A stretch of 64,000 nucleotides of DNA. Origin: Lepidodermella squamata (lineage: Eukaryota; Animalia; Gastrotricha). The stretch covers positions 1,798,001-1,862,000 of the forward strand of contig JBLDXI010000011.1 in the NCBI GenBank assembly GCA_047495785.1, read 5' to 3'. Of this stretch, positions 12,635-22,354 are shown one piece after another; position 1 is the first letter of the stretch; each line of letters starts with the position of its first letter. The translations under genes were made by a program, and so were the position numbers. The notes beneath the pieces were generated by a model, which worked only from the letters and a program-made list of their open reading frames with translations, was not told the DNA's origin and ran no database searches.

Positions 12635-13215
12635 CAGTGCTTTGGATTTGATTTGATTTGATTTGATTTGATTTGATTTGATTTATAGGCGTTTTGGCTA
12701 CCCGTGATTTGATTTGATTGATTTAACATCGTAATGCGATGATTTAGATTGATTTTGATTTAAGGTGCTTGATTTATAGTGATTTAGTTGAGCCTAATTT
12801 ACTTCTTGCGTGTACATGCATGTGTGCTCAAAAGGAGGAAGTAACAAAAAATCGCGTGCCAAACTCAAACCGCAGACCAAAAATGTGGCAATGTGAGGCG
12901 GTGAGGTGTTTATTACGGGCAATAATAGGCTCTTGCACGAGGCAGCACTCGTTTTGTTGCATTAGCAGCTAGGCTTTATAATTCTTATTCATCGCAAGTG
13001 CAATTTGATCGCATGTGATACTCTGATTGAAACACTCTGTTATGGTGAGATGAGGATTCGATGAATAAAGGATGATTTAATCCTGATTTACATTCCCTTG
13101 TGATTGATTTTGATTGATTTAACTTGAAAAATTCCAGCAAATGATTGATTTTGATTGAGTTGAAGTGATTCGTGATTTAAGGTTTAAATCAAATCAAATC
13201 AAATCCAAAGCACTG
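12635..13215. mobile_element. Non-autonomous hAT MITE family B, 581 bp
   Basis: TIRs CAGTGCTTTGGATTTGATTTG.../...CAAATCAAATCCAAAGCACTG. 8-bp TSD GGCCATGC (12627-12634, 13216-13223). The empty site is seen in the paralogous region near 5165. (GATTT)n subterminal repeats. Confidence 0.9.
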
Positions 13216-15104
13216 GGCCATGCACACAACATAGTACTTTCGAAATTGAAAAGTAAAATAACTCAACGAATTTTCCGTTTAAAATCTTGTAAATCTGCTG
13301 GGACCTGCAGTTCAGCGCGGCGATTCTAAATTGATTTTCCAGATTTGAATAGCATAAAAATTCATGGAGGAATGATTGTTGAAACTTGGCGCTTTACTGA
13401 TACATGAAGGGGAGCCTGATTCTTCGTACGTGCGACACCAGGTAACAAGCAAATAAATTGGGCCATCAACAGTCAGCGCCTTCAACATCGCGATGGTTGT
13501 TCTCAACGCCCACAATATTCATTGTATCTTTCATCTGATTAAACATTTTTCGTCGACGATTTTGTAAAAAAAAAACTTCTGGATCTGGTTTGGAGTTTGT
13601 AGCTTTCGAAAAACTATAACCAAACTACAATGTTAGACTATTTCCGCTGATCCTTCCCGTCGAAACGTGTCCTTGTTAGTAACAATACTAATATGGGTTT
13701 CACATTCCACTGCAAACTTCTTTTTCGAGATAACATCGACAACGCGTGCGACAGAAAACGACGACAAACGGCGAGGTGGTGACCAAGGAAACCAGCCTCT
13801 CGTCTTGCATTTTGCGGTCGCGCATTGCAGCTGTGAGCAAGCTAATGAGGTTCTTGGCAAAGCCGATCTACGAGGCCGAAAATTCAGGCGGACTCTTATG
13901 CCGCCTTCACATCAAGACCCGTCAGAGTTTGTCGGCACAGCACGGCGGGCGCAGTCAATTGCGTAGAGTGTCGATATTCAATTCTCCGCAACTGTAAAGG
14001 TCAGCAAGAACCAGTGGTGTGTGCTGTTTGTTGGAGCACATTTGCAAGCTTCGGCCGTTCGTGGCCAGAAATAGCTGTGGAGCGCGAGCTGCTGCGGGTG
14101 ATTGGCAAACGAGTGAGGTGAAAACCTGAAGTGCTTAGAATTTTGATTTCCAAACGGTCTCGTAGTTTTGATCATTAATCCTCTGTAGCGGTTCTTAATA
14201 TGGCACCAAATTCCTTTTCACACCAAATTCCTAATTTTGAATTTTGAACGTGAAATTTTGCGTAATAAACTATAATGACTATGGCACTGATACGACGCCA
14301 ACGATTGCCTCCTGAATCTTGCGCATAATATCTCGAGAGATAACGGCAACAGATGGCTTACCCGGCCTAGGGACATCGATAACGACCGCCTCTTTTGAAC
14401 GGAGAAAGCTAAACGGCTGTAGACGGTCGATCTCCCGAGCCAGCGTATGTTGGCTTAGGTCATGGCCGGGCAGATGAATCTTGCAAGCCGTGCTTTGCAG
14501 GTTGCCATTGGGATCTCACAAGCTCGAAGCTCGAGTCAACACTGGGCTGGGACGACGGCGGCCTGGTTGGTAAGCCAGAGAGGATAACAGCCACAGCATT
14601 CTTTGTAATCCTCGGCGACTGACAGGCAGGTGGGTCCGAAGTCGGGAGGATGCAGCAAACTTATTCGTGCTCGACGACAAACTTCGAGCAGCGCGAGATG
14701 CACCCACGGCAACTCCACCGCTTAGTAACTGCAAAGCGGCGTCATCATGGTGAGACCGCGCGGAGTCGCCATGTGATGCAGTTGATACCCATGCAGACTC
14801 CAGTGGTCAGCGTCTCAAAAGCTTGCACTAGCACAAAAGACTAATAGTGTACGAGCAGCTCTCAAGTTGTTGATTATTTTTGCTACATTTTTGTATTTAT
14901 TTATTTCATTTATTTCATTTATTTCAAAGCTATGACGCCCAAGAGAGAGCAGCTTGACAATAGTGAATTGAAAATGAAACAGATAATTGCAGGACAGGTT
15001 ACAGAGGTATAGGACATTGGCAAATGATGACATAAAAAATGTTATTAAGTGCATATAGCAAGAGTGAGCGATTGAACAATGATGAGAATTAAGTAAAATA
15101 ACAA

Positions 15105-15333
15105 TGTTGAGGTTTGGAGAAAGCCATCAGTAAGTTCAAGTAACAAATCTAGAATTGGGAAGAAAAATATCGGTTAGCAAAATCTCCAACTGATTTTATT
15201 AGGTACCAAAAGAAGCGAAGAGGGGTAAAACTCACGGCATGAGGAAGGCGTGCCTCGAGCACCGGCTGGACCGCGAGTCGACTCGATCATTCGACCTTCA
15301 CATGAAATCATACCGATATATTTATATTCAACA
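15105..15333 (-). repeat. 3' LTR of copia element
   Basis: TGTTGA...TCAACA, identical to 20723-20951. Preceded on the minus strand by the PPT-like AAGTGGGAG (15334-15342). Confidence 0.95.
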
Positions 15334-15402
15334 CTCCCACTTGATGGAATGTGAAGTGACATCACCTAATAAAACAAGAACACAGGTTATTCAGGATTTC
15401 TT

Positions 15403-18400
15403 TCAAGACATGCCTAGAGCCTTTCGATTTTCATCATGCTTGACATGAACCAGAGCTTTCGTGAAGATATCAGCCAGTTGCTTGGTAGTTTCAATCCACT
15501 GCAGGTCTAGCAACCTTTCTTCAATAAGTTCCTTGAGATAGTTCAGTCGGATACGGAAGTGCTTTGTTCGTTTAGTTAGGGCACCAGACTTGCCGAGCAA
15601 AACCGCAGCTTGGTTATCACAATAGAGGGTGAATCGAGACTGATGATAGCCAAGTTCGTTGATCAGCCTGAGTAACCAAATTCCCTCTTGTGCGCAAGCA
15701 TAGGCGGCAGTGAACTCAGCTTCCATGGTGGAGCCCGAAATGATAGTTTGCCGGTGACTAGACCACGAAACGGCGCCATTCGAGAGCAAGTAGACAAGGC
15801 CAGTCATAGACCTCGAAGTCTTATTGTCTCCGGCCCAATCAGCGTCCGAGAATGCAATTAAGTCGCAGCCATCGCGCCGATACTCGATACCGACGTTTCT
15901 GGTGCCTTTCAAGTAACACAACACGCGACGTGCGCATGTCATGTGATGAGTTCGGGGGTCAGAAGTGTACCTTGCCAAGACTGAGACCGACCAGGCTATA
16001 TCTGGACGAGTCGAACAGGCGGCAAACATTAACGAGCCTACTATGCTTTGGTACAACTCCTGATCAGCAGGTCCGGCGGGATCTTCGTCGTTGTCGAGCC
16101 TGATGTCGCGGGGGATAGGTGTGGCGACAGCGAATCGATCTTCCATACCATACCTCTTGAGCATTCGGTCGATGTAAGGACCCTGATGAATCCGGATGTG
16201 CCCAGGGCTACATTCAACGGAAATTCCGATACACAATTTTATCACTCCCAAATCCTTCATTTTGAACAAAGTTTTGATCGCGTCCTTCAGTTGCTTGACA
16301 ACGTGAGCAGGAGCTGCAACGACTAGATCGTCGACGTAGATGCCAACAATGCCAGCGTCTTTGATGAATAAACAAGGGTCGGAGCCCAGTTGCTGAAAAC
16401 CGAGCGATTTGAGGCTCTTTGAAAGCAGGCGATTCCAACACGAACCGCTTTGGCGAAGTCCGTAGACCGCGCGGTGCAAGCGCCACACTAGCCCGGCCTT
16501 TGCATCCGGATGACCAGGCGGGGGTCGTAGGTAGACTTCTTCAGTTAGGCGGCCGTGTAGATATGCCGAGGGAGCATCCATTTGATGAACTTCGAAATTG
16601 TTAGCAGCAGCAATCGCGAGAATAACGCGAAGCGATGCGATGCGCATTACCGGGGCGTAGCTTTCTTCGAAATCGCGGCCGATTTTCTGGGTGTGACCTT
16701 GAGCCACTAATCGACATTTGAAACGGCTAGGAATCCCATTTTCGTCAATCTTGATTTTGAACACGTATCGTGAACCGTAAATTCGTTTCCCAGGAGGAGC
16801 TTTCATAGCGGTATAGACATTGTTTTCTACGAACAGAGCCAGTTCCTCTTCGATGGCACGGAGCCATTGAGGCCATTCCGGCGAGTCGATAGCTTCTTGA
16901 TAGGTGAGCGGCTCAACCATCGATTCCACTCCCACTGAGCCGCGAGCTCGAACTGCGACGGCTGCCGATTGATACTTAGCGCCAGATCGGGTTCTGGAAT
17001 TTGAAGCGGGGAGTTGACCGAGGGTGAGTACTGTTTCGGGTATTGCAAGTCTTTGGAGTTCACGATTTACGTTCGAATTTCTTGACTGATCGAGACTAGT
17101 CGGGTTTCTCTCGTTGCTGGTGCTTGATTGGGTAGGCGGTGCTGGTGCGTTGGCGTTTGCATTTAGCGATGAATTTGCGGCATTGAGCTGGTCAATAACT
17201 GGATCGATTTCCAACCAATCATTACTTGCAATTGGCTGTTGAGAGATTGCTTGCTGAATGATAGCTGGGCTCACTTGATGAGTCGGCTGAATTTGATTTG
17301 AGGTCTGAGCTTGACTCGCTCCCACTGGATAGGAGTTTTGAGCTTGACTCAAGGTCTGAGCTTGACTCGCTCCCACTGGATGGGTGTTTTGAACTTGATT
17401 TATCTCCACTTGATGGTGCTTTTGAGCTGGACTCGCTCCCACTGGATGGGAGTTTTCGGCCATCGCTTGACGAGGCAACTGTCTCGGAGGTGGAGGTGGA
17501 GGTGGTGGAGGAGGTTGCCGCGTATCCCTGTTTGGGTCAGCTGGGACTAGACTGGGTAGATTTTTCTGGAAAAAATCGTTATCTTCGTAACCGAATTTTA
17601 CGGGCATTTTCCTTACCCTGCTCTCCCTTTCCGAGAGGAGAGGAACCGCGGCTATCCCTGTACTAACTCGATTAGTCTCGGGGTCGGACTCGATCCGAAA
17701 TTCCTTCTCGTGAAATTGTACCGCAATTCGGCACAGGATTTTCTTGGTAACTGGGTCGAGGAGGCGATAACCCTTCTGGGTGTCGGAGTACCCAACAAAA
17801 CGGCAAGCTTTGGATTTCGCGTCGAACTTTTTCCGATCTTGATCGTTAACGAACGCGTAAGCTACACATCCGAAAGGCTTGAGGTTGGCGACATTCGGTT
17901 TTCTGCCTGTCCATAATTCGAATGGGGTTTTGTCTGAGTCGATCGCTGAAGATGGTAGTCGGTTTCGAATGTAAGCAGCGCAAGAAATGGCTTCGGCCCA
18001 TAAGAAACGCGGAGATTCAGATTCCAAGAGCATCGTTCTTGCCATCTCCGTAATGGTTCGTACCATCCTTTCTGCGCTACCATTTTGTTCTGGCGTGTGG
18101 GGACAACTTGTTTCATGTTTGGTGCCTCGAGCTTTAAGGTGGTCGATGAAAGCCGTTGATAAATTTTCTCCGGCATTGTCCGATCGTAAGCGCTTGATCT
18201 TCTTGTTTTGAAACGTGGTGACTTCATTCTCGAAATGTTTGTAGCAGTCAAACACGTCCGACTTCTTCTCCATACAGTATACCCAGGTATAATGCGTGAA
18301 GTCATCAACGAGGATGAGGTACCAGTGGGCTCCTCCTAGAGATTGTACTTCGACTGGTCCGGCTACATCCATATGGACTAGATCCAACTCGCATTTCGAT

Positions 18401-19302
18401 CGTTGATAATTTACGCTAGAATGTGTTGCTCGATGAGCCTTGCCTAGAGCGCAGGGTTCACAATCCTCGAGAATGTGGCGACCGCTGACCTTAAGACCAT
18501 CAACCAGGTTGTGTCGAAGGATTTGTTTCAATGCTGGCGATCCGGCATGTCCGAATCTTCGATGCCATTGAGTGTAAGTGGGTGCGAGTAGTGCGTGATG
18601 TGATTTCTGTCGCAAAAAATAAAGTCCGTCAAGTTTGTCAGCAATTAACACTTCTTTATTTGAGAAATTTAAATCTCGAATTTGAGCATGAGTTTTCGTA
18701 AAAATAGCTACATTATCTTTTTCAGTGACTGCTGGTACGCTAAATAAATTTGAGGCCAGGCCTGGTACGTACATGACGTCTTCGAGTTGTACCCAGAATG
18801 CAGACGAATCCGATGCTGCTGCTTGAATTTGCACCGCGCCGGACCAGTTGACTGGAATACGGCGCCCGTCCCCCAGGTAGACGTTGGTTTGCTCGACAAG
18901 CCTGGTCGGGTTCCTGAAGAGACGAGGATTGTTGCACATGTGCGAGCTGGCGCCGGAGTCTAGAACCCACTTATTTGATTGTGCCTTGCTAGCAAGTAAA
19001 GAATAAAATTTTCTGGGTGTCATGCCTGAGTACGCATTCAAAATACCTTGAGTAGAACTATTATTTTTCCGTGCGGTGGCCGGGAACTCGGGTCGAACCT
19101 GGAGTTGACCGAAGGTGGCATTAATCGCACTTTCGGAATCGGTATCCGACATAGAGTCGTTAGAAGGGTTAAAGCTGACGTAAGCACCTTGAGTGGCTAG
19201 GTTGTCGCCTAGAGCGGACCTGGAGTCATTAAATTTATGTTTCAGTCTTGAACGTGAGAAGCGATTATAAATTTGTTTACCTTGACGGGAACTACTCGGC
19301 AG
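15403..19302 (-). CDS. pol: copia Pol (protease, integrase, RT, RNase H); frame open from the gag stop, first Met at 19152
   Basis: WVLDSGASSHM (protease); WHRRFGH..CEPC (HHCC); HMDVAGP / VDDFT / LRSDNAGE / EQNGSAER (integrase); YVDDL (RT); FSDADWAG..EAEF..CDNQAA..LADIFTK (RNase H). No stops between 19302 and 19152. Confidence 0.95.
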   Translation of the reverse strand: MPSSSRQGKQIYNRFSRSRLKHKFNDSRSALGDNLATQGAYVSFNPSNDSMSDTDSESAINATFGQLQVRPEFPATARKNNSSTQGILNAYSGMTPRKFYSLLASKAQSNKWVLDSGASSHMCNNPRLFRNPTRLVEQTNVYLGDGRRIPVNWSGAVQIQAAASDSSAFWVQLEDVMYVPGLASNLFSVPAVTEKDNVAIFTKTHAQIRDLNFSNKEVLIADKLDGLYFLRQKSHHALLAPTYTQWHRRFGHAGSPALKQILRHNLVDGLKVSGRHILEDCEPCALGKAHRATHSSVNYQRSKCELDLVHMDVAGPVEVQSLGGAHWYLILVDDFTHYTWVYCMEKKSDVFDCYKHFENEVTTFQNKKIKRLRSDNAGENLSTAFIDHLKARGTKHETSCPHTPEQNGSAERMVRTITEMARTMLLESESPRFLWAEAISCAAYIRNRLPSSAIDSDKTPFELWTGRKPNVANLKPFGCVAYAFVNDQDRKKFDAKSKACRFVGYSDTQKGYRLLDPVTKKILCRIAVQFHEKEFRIESDPETNRVSTGIAAVPLLSERESRVRKMPVKFGYEDNDFFQKNLPSLVPADPNRDTRQPPPPPPPPPPRQLPRQAMAENSHPVGASPAQKHHQVEINQVQNTHPVGASQAQTLSQAQNSYPVGASQAQTSNQIQPTHQVSPAIIQQAISQQPIASNDWLEIDPVIDQLNAANSSLNANANAPAPPTQSSTSNERNPTSLDQSRNSNVNRELQRLAIPETVLTLGQLPASNSRTRSGAKYQSAAVAVRARGSVGVESMVEPLTYQEAIDSPEWPQWLRAIEEELALFVENNVYTAMKAPPGKRIYGSRYVFKIKIDENGIPSRFKCRLVAQGHTQKIGRDFEESYAPVMRIASLRVILAIAAANNFEVHQMDAPSAYLHGRLTEEVYLRPPPGHPDAKAGLVWRLHRAVYGLRQSGSCWNRLLSKSLKSLGFQQLGSDPCLFIKDAGIVGIYVDDLVVAAPAHVVKQLKDAIKTLFKMKDLGVIKLCIGISVECSPGHIRIHQGPYIDRMLKRYGMEDRFAVATPIPRDIRLDNDEDPAGPADQELYQSIVGSLMFAACSTRPDIAWSVSVLARYTSDPRTHHMTCARRVLCYLKGTRNVGIEYRRDGCDLIAFSDADWAGDNKTSRSMTGLVYLLSNGAVSWSSHRQTIISGSTMEAEFTAAYACAQEGIWLLRLINELGYHQSRFTLYCDNQAAVLLGKSGALTKRTKHFRIRLNYLKELIEERLLDLQWIETTKQLADIFTKALVHVKHDENRKALGMS

Positions 19303-20745
19303 TCATAGAGACTTTTCGACTTCGCCATCTTCCATCTCCTCGCCTTCTTCGTCATCGACGGACGAGTCTGAGTAGCGATCCTCTTGAAGGAGCTCGCGTT
19401 CTCGCTGCTCGGGGATATCATTGTACCTGGAGCCGCCTTGAGCGCCGCCTTGAGTGGAAACGCGAGCGGTACGTGCCTGGAGCACGCGTTCTTCGCCTTG
19501 ACCGCCGGCGACGGGAGTGGGACAGTCACGCTGACGATGCCCATACTGACCACAATCGTAGCATTTCGACCGGCTGTCCGCCTTGGCCTTGTTGCATTGC
19601 GAAGCGGTGTGGTTTTGATGCCGAGGGAGGGGGCATGGCGGATCGTTTCGGGCGCCGCCTTGAGCGGGCGCAGGCCGATATTCTTGACGACCAGGTTGTC
19701 TCGGCTGTTGGCGGGCAGGTTGCTGACGCGGGTAGCCTCGAGCTCTTCCGATTCCAGCGGCGGGGCGACGGTCGCGTCGATCGGGGTTTTGAGCGATCAT
19801 CAGGGCTGCGGCCTCGTGCCGGGCTTGACCCGGAGGTGCGGGCGCGGGGCGAGCAGCGTTGAGCCGGTCGTCCTCGGCTAGCAGCGCCTGCTGGATTTCG
19901 GCGACCGATGGCGGCGGAATTCGATTTTCGAGCATCGTTCTCATGTTCCCGAGGCTCGGTGGCAGCGAGTGGAACAAAGCGGCCCTCTTCATCCGTTCCT
20001 CGATCGATACTCCTGCGTTTTCCAGCGCCTGGAGCAACTGGGCGAAGTCCCGAAAATGGGCGGAGAGGGTGGCTCCTGGAGCCATAGCAAAACTGTGAAA
20101 CCGAGCCAGGAGCCTCGACTCGGTGGCAGCCGAGGTCCTCTCGAAGTGCGCCTTGAGCGCTGACCAAATCGCCCGGGGGTCGTCACCGGCTGCCCTGGTG
20201 ATATAATAATAGGCAGGCCCTACCAGTCGAACCAGGATAGATGCAGCAAGTCGACGTTTGTCCGCCAACTCTTGGTCACGGGTTCGCCTGGAGCGAACAG
20301 CGGCGTCTATCGCAATGCCCAGGGCATCGCGAGCAGCACTGGACGCAGCTCGGGCGGTCGCCAGTTCAGCCGTTGCAGCCATAGCAGCAGCGGAGTGCGC
20401 GGGGTCATCGGGATGAGCGATGATAGCGGCGTTGGCTTCGCGGAGGGCGATCTCGAATCTGCCCTGTCGCTCGGCGCATTCGGCGGCGGTAGCTCGAGCA
20501 GTTTCGACGGCCAAGTCCTCGAGACTCGGGACGCCGGGAGCGGGCGGGGCTGGATGCACGCCTGGAGCGGCTGGCACGCCTGGAGCGGCCCCTGCGGGTA
20601 GTGGCTCGACCACTTCCCACAGATTCATGCCCTGAAGGATGTAGTACGTCGCGTAGGACCAATCCTGATAGTTCGTCCCGTTCAACCGCTCTGCCGAGGT
20701 TAGAGCATCTGGGCCCATAACCTGTTGAGGTTTGGAGAAAGCCAT
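19303..20745 (-). CDS. gag: copia Gag
   Basis: RLNGTNYQDWS..LWEVV copia-type N-terminus, IWSALKAHF, zinc knuckle CYDCGQYGHRQRDC plus a variant CPLPRHQNHTASQC. ATG at 20745 (in LTR) or 20718 (in PBS). TGA at 19305-19303. Confidence 0.9.
   Translation of the reverse strand: MAFSKPQQVMGPDALTSAERLNGTNYQDWSYATYYILQGMNLWEVVEPLPAGAAPGVPAAPGVHPAPPAPGVPSLEDLAVETARATAAECAERQGRFEIALREANAAIIAHPDDPAHSAAAMAATAELATARAASSAARDALGIAIDAAVRSRRTRDQELADKRRLAASILVRLVGPAYYYITRAAGDDPRAIWSALKAHFERTSAATESRLLARFHSFAMAPGATLSAHFRDFAQLLQALENAGVSIEERMKRAALFHSLPPSLGNMRTMLENRIPPPSVAEIQQALLAEDDRLNAARPAPAPPGQARHEAAALMIAQNPDRRDRRPAAGIGRARGYPRQQPARQQPRQPGRQEYRPAPAQGGARNDPPCPLPRHQNHTASQCNKAKADSRSKCYDCGQYGHRQRDCPTPVAGGQGEERVLQARTARVSTQGGAQGGSRYNDIPEQRERELLQEDRYSDSSVDDEEGEEMEDGEVEKSL
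20709..20722 (-). other. Primer-binding site GGTTATGGGCCCAG
   Basis: Immediately 3' of the 5' LTR. Matches the PBS type of Drosophila copia, complementary to the anticodon-stem region of initiator tRNA-Met (half-tRNA primer). Confidence 0.88.
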
Positions 20746-20951
20746 CAGTAAGTTCAAGTAACAAATCTAGAATTGGGAAGAAAAATATCGGTTAGCAAAA
20801 TCTCCAACTGATTTTATTAGGTACCAAAAGAAGCGAAGAGGGGTAAAACTCACGGCATGAGGAAGGCGTGCCTCGAGCACCGGCTGGACCGCGAGTCGAC
20901 TCGATCATTCGACCTTCACATGAAATCATACCGATATATTTATATTCAACA
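20723..20951 (-). repeat. 5' LTR of copia element
   Basis: 229 bp, identical to 15105-15333. Confidence 0.95.
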
Positions 20952-21072
20952 TAATAATTCAACATAATTATTCAACATAATAATATTGAATATAACATAT
21001 ATATTCAATCATAATAACATCACAACAAAACAGCATCGCAGCATTATAAAAATATATAGTGTATCGAATTTA

Positions 21073-21881
21073 TCATAGGCCTAAACCAGTGGAATTTCTT
21101 TCGTAAAAATAAGCATAAACATTTGAGCGGCACGCTTCAGCTGACTCAGCATTTTGAGCTTCTGCAGGCAGTTGATTCCAGAGATCGGGACCGCGATAGC
21201 TAAGGCTCAACGTACCACGAACTGACAAATACGTCGGCTTGAACATTGGCTCAGTGTTACGTGTTGAGTAGCTGCCGACCGGGTTCAGCTTGAAAAGTGT
21301 TTGAATCGCAGCCGGTGCTTGTTTATTCAGGCAATTGTGGATGAATGTCGCCAAATGGATGGCGTGTTTCTGTTGAACGTTGACCCAGCCGAGTCGATGG
21401 CGAAGAGGCTCCGCATCTGCGAGTGAGTGAGCGCCGCATATGATTCGGACGGCACGATCTTGCGTTGACTGAAGCTTTGCTAGAGTAGTCGGTGCTGCCT
21501 GACCTAAGGTTAGGTCACCGTAATTGATATGGCTGAATATCAAGCCATTGGCCATCATGATGGCAGTTTTTCGGTCGACGAATTTCGCAGCTAGTTTGAG
21601 GGCATACAATCCCCGTCGAGCCTTGCTCTTTGCACCTTTGATATGTTTTTTGAAGGAAAGTTTGCAGTCAATGGTGAAGCCAAGAGTGGTCATAACTTTT
21701 GATGGTCCGATAACTGCGTCGCCGATAGTGATGGAAAAATCCGGCGCGGATGGCATAGCACATTTCAAAAGCAAAAACTGCGACTTTTTCCCATTAACTG
21801 CCAAAGAGTTGCTGCTGAGCCATGAGCAAACACGATTCATCTCTTGCTGTAGAACTGATCGTAATTCATTGACATTTCTGC
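21073..21881 (-). pseudogene. LINE ORF2 C-terminal fragment (RT thumb and downstream)
   Basis: WLSSNSLAVNGKKSQFLL..TLGFTIDCKLSFKKHI..SHINYG..QDRAVRII..YSTR..LSYRGPDLWNQLP, typical of CR1/L2-group ORF2 ends. Confidence 0.85.
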
Positions 21882-22354
21882 TTGTATTGTATTAGCTTAA
21901 TTAATTGTTGCGAGGTATTAAACGGTCTGAATAGACATCGCATCTCTGCCTCATTGTTTTGCTTTCCCTCGCCTTTTTACACACTTCGAACTCTTAACAA
22001 GGAGATTTATGCTCAGAAGTAAACAAAACAATCAGCATATTGTCCATCTTAGTCTGGATTTGCAGTGTCAAAGTCCACTTTTTTTGCTGTTCAATGCGTC
22101 ATGGTGGTGGCGGTGGTCGGAGCGGTCGGAGCGGTCGGAGCGGTCGGTGACCGTGGTCATTATTAGCATGAAAAAAATTGTTTTTCTCATCTTCCGTCAT
22201 TTATTGGATTTTCTAAATAAATAAAAAGAGCCTTTTTTGGGGTAATAAATTACTATCATACAAATATGAATTAAAATCTTTGAATCAATCTGAACATTTG
22301 CAGAAGTAATTATGTATTATTGATTCTATAGGTTTCCAGAATTTCTTTCATCAC

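Larger units (their letters stand above)
15105..20951 (-). mobile_element. Full-length Ty1/copia LTR retrotransposon (Hemivirus-type priming)
   Basis: Two 229-bp TG...CA LTRs that read as identical, PBS, PPT, gag, and PR-IN-RT-RH domain order. Confidence 0.96.
14898..21881 (-). mobile_element. 5'-truncated non-LTR retrotransposon (CR1/L2-group-like), interrupted in its 3' UTR by the copia element
   Basis: Candidate TSD TTGTATT (14891-14897, 21882-21888). 3' tail of GAAATAAAT-type repeats at 14898-14925 on the minus strand. ORF2 C-terminal fragment at 21073-21881. The flanks rejoin into the repeat seen intact at 1845-2290. Confidence 0.75.

Noticed and set aside
12644-12790. (GATTT)n as a stand-alone microsatellite or CRISPR-like array
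   Set aside because: These are subterminal repeats of a hAT MITE. There are no unique spacers and the context is eukaryotic.
15852-20764. Numerous short overlapping ORFs within the copia element
   Set aside because: GC-rich antisense or alternative frames of gag/pol with no independent motifs. The 17298-17666 repeats mirror the HPVGASQAQ linker repeats of Pol.
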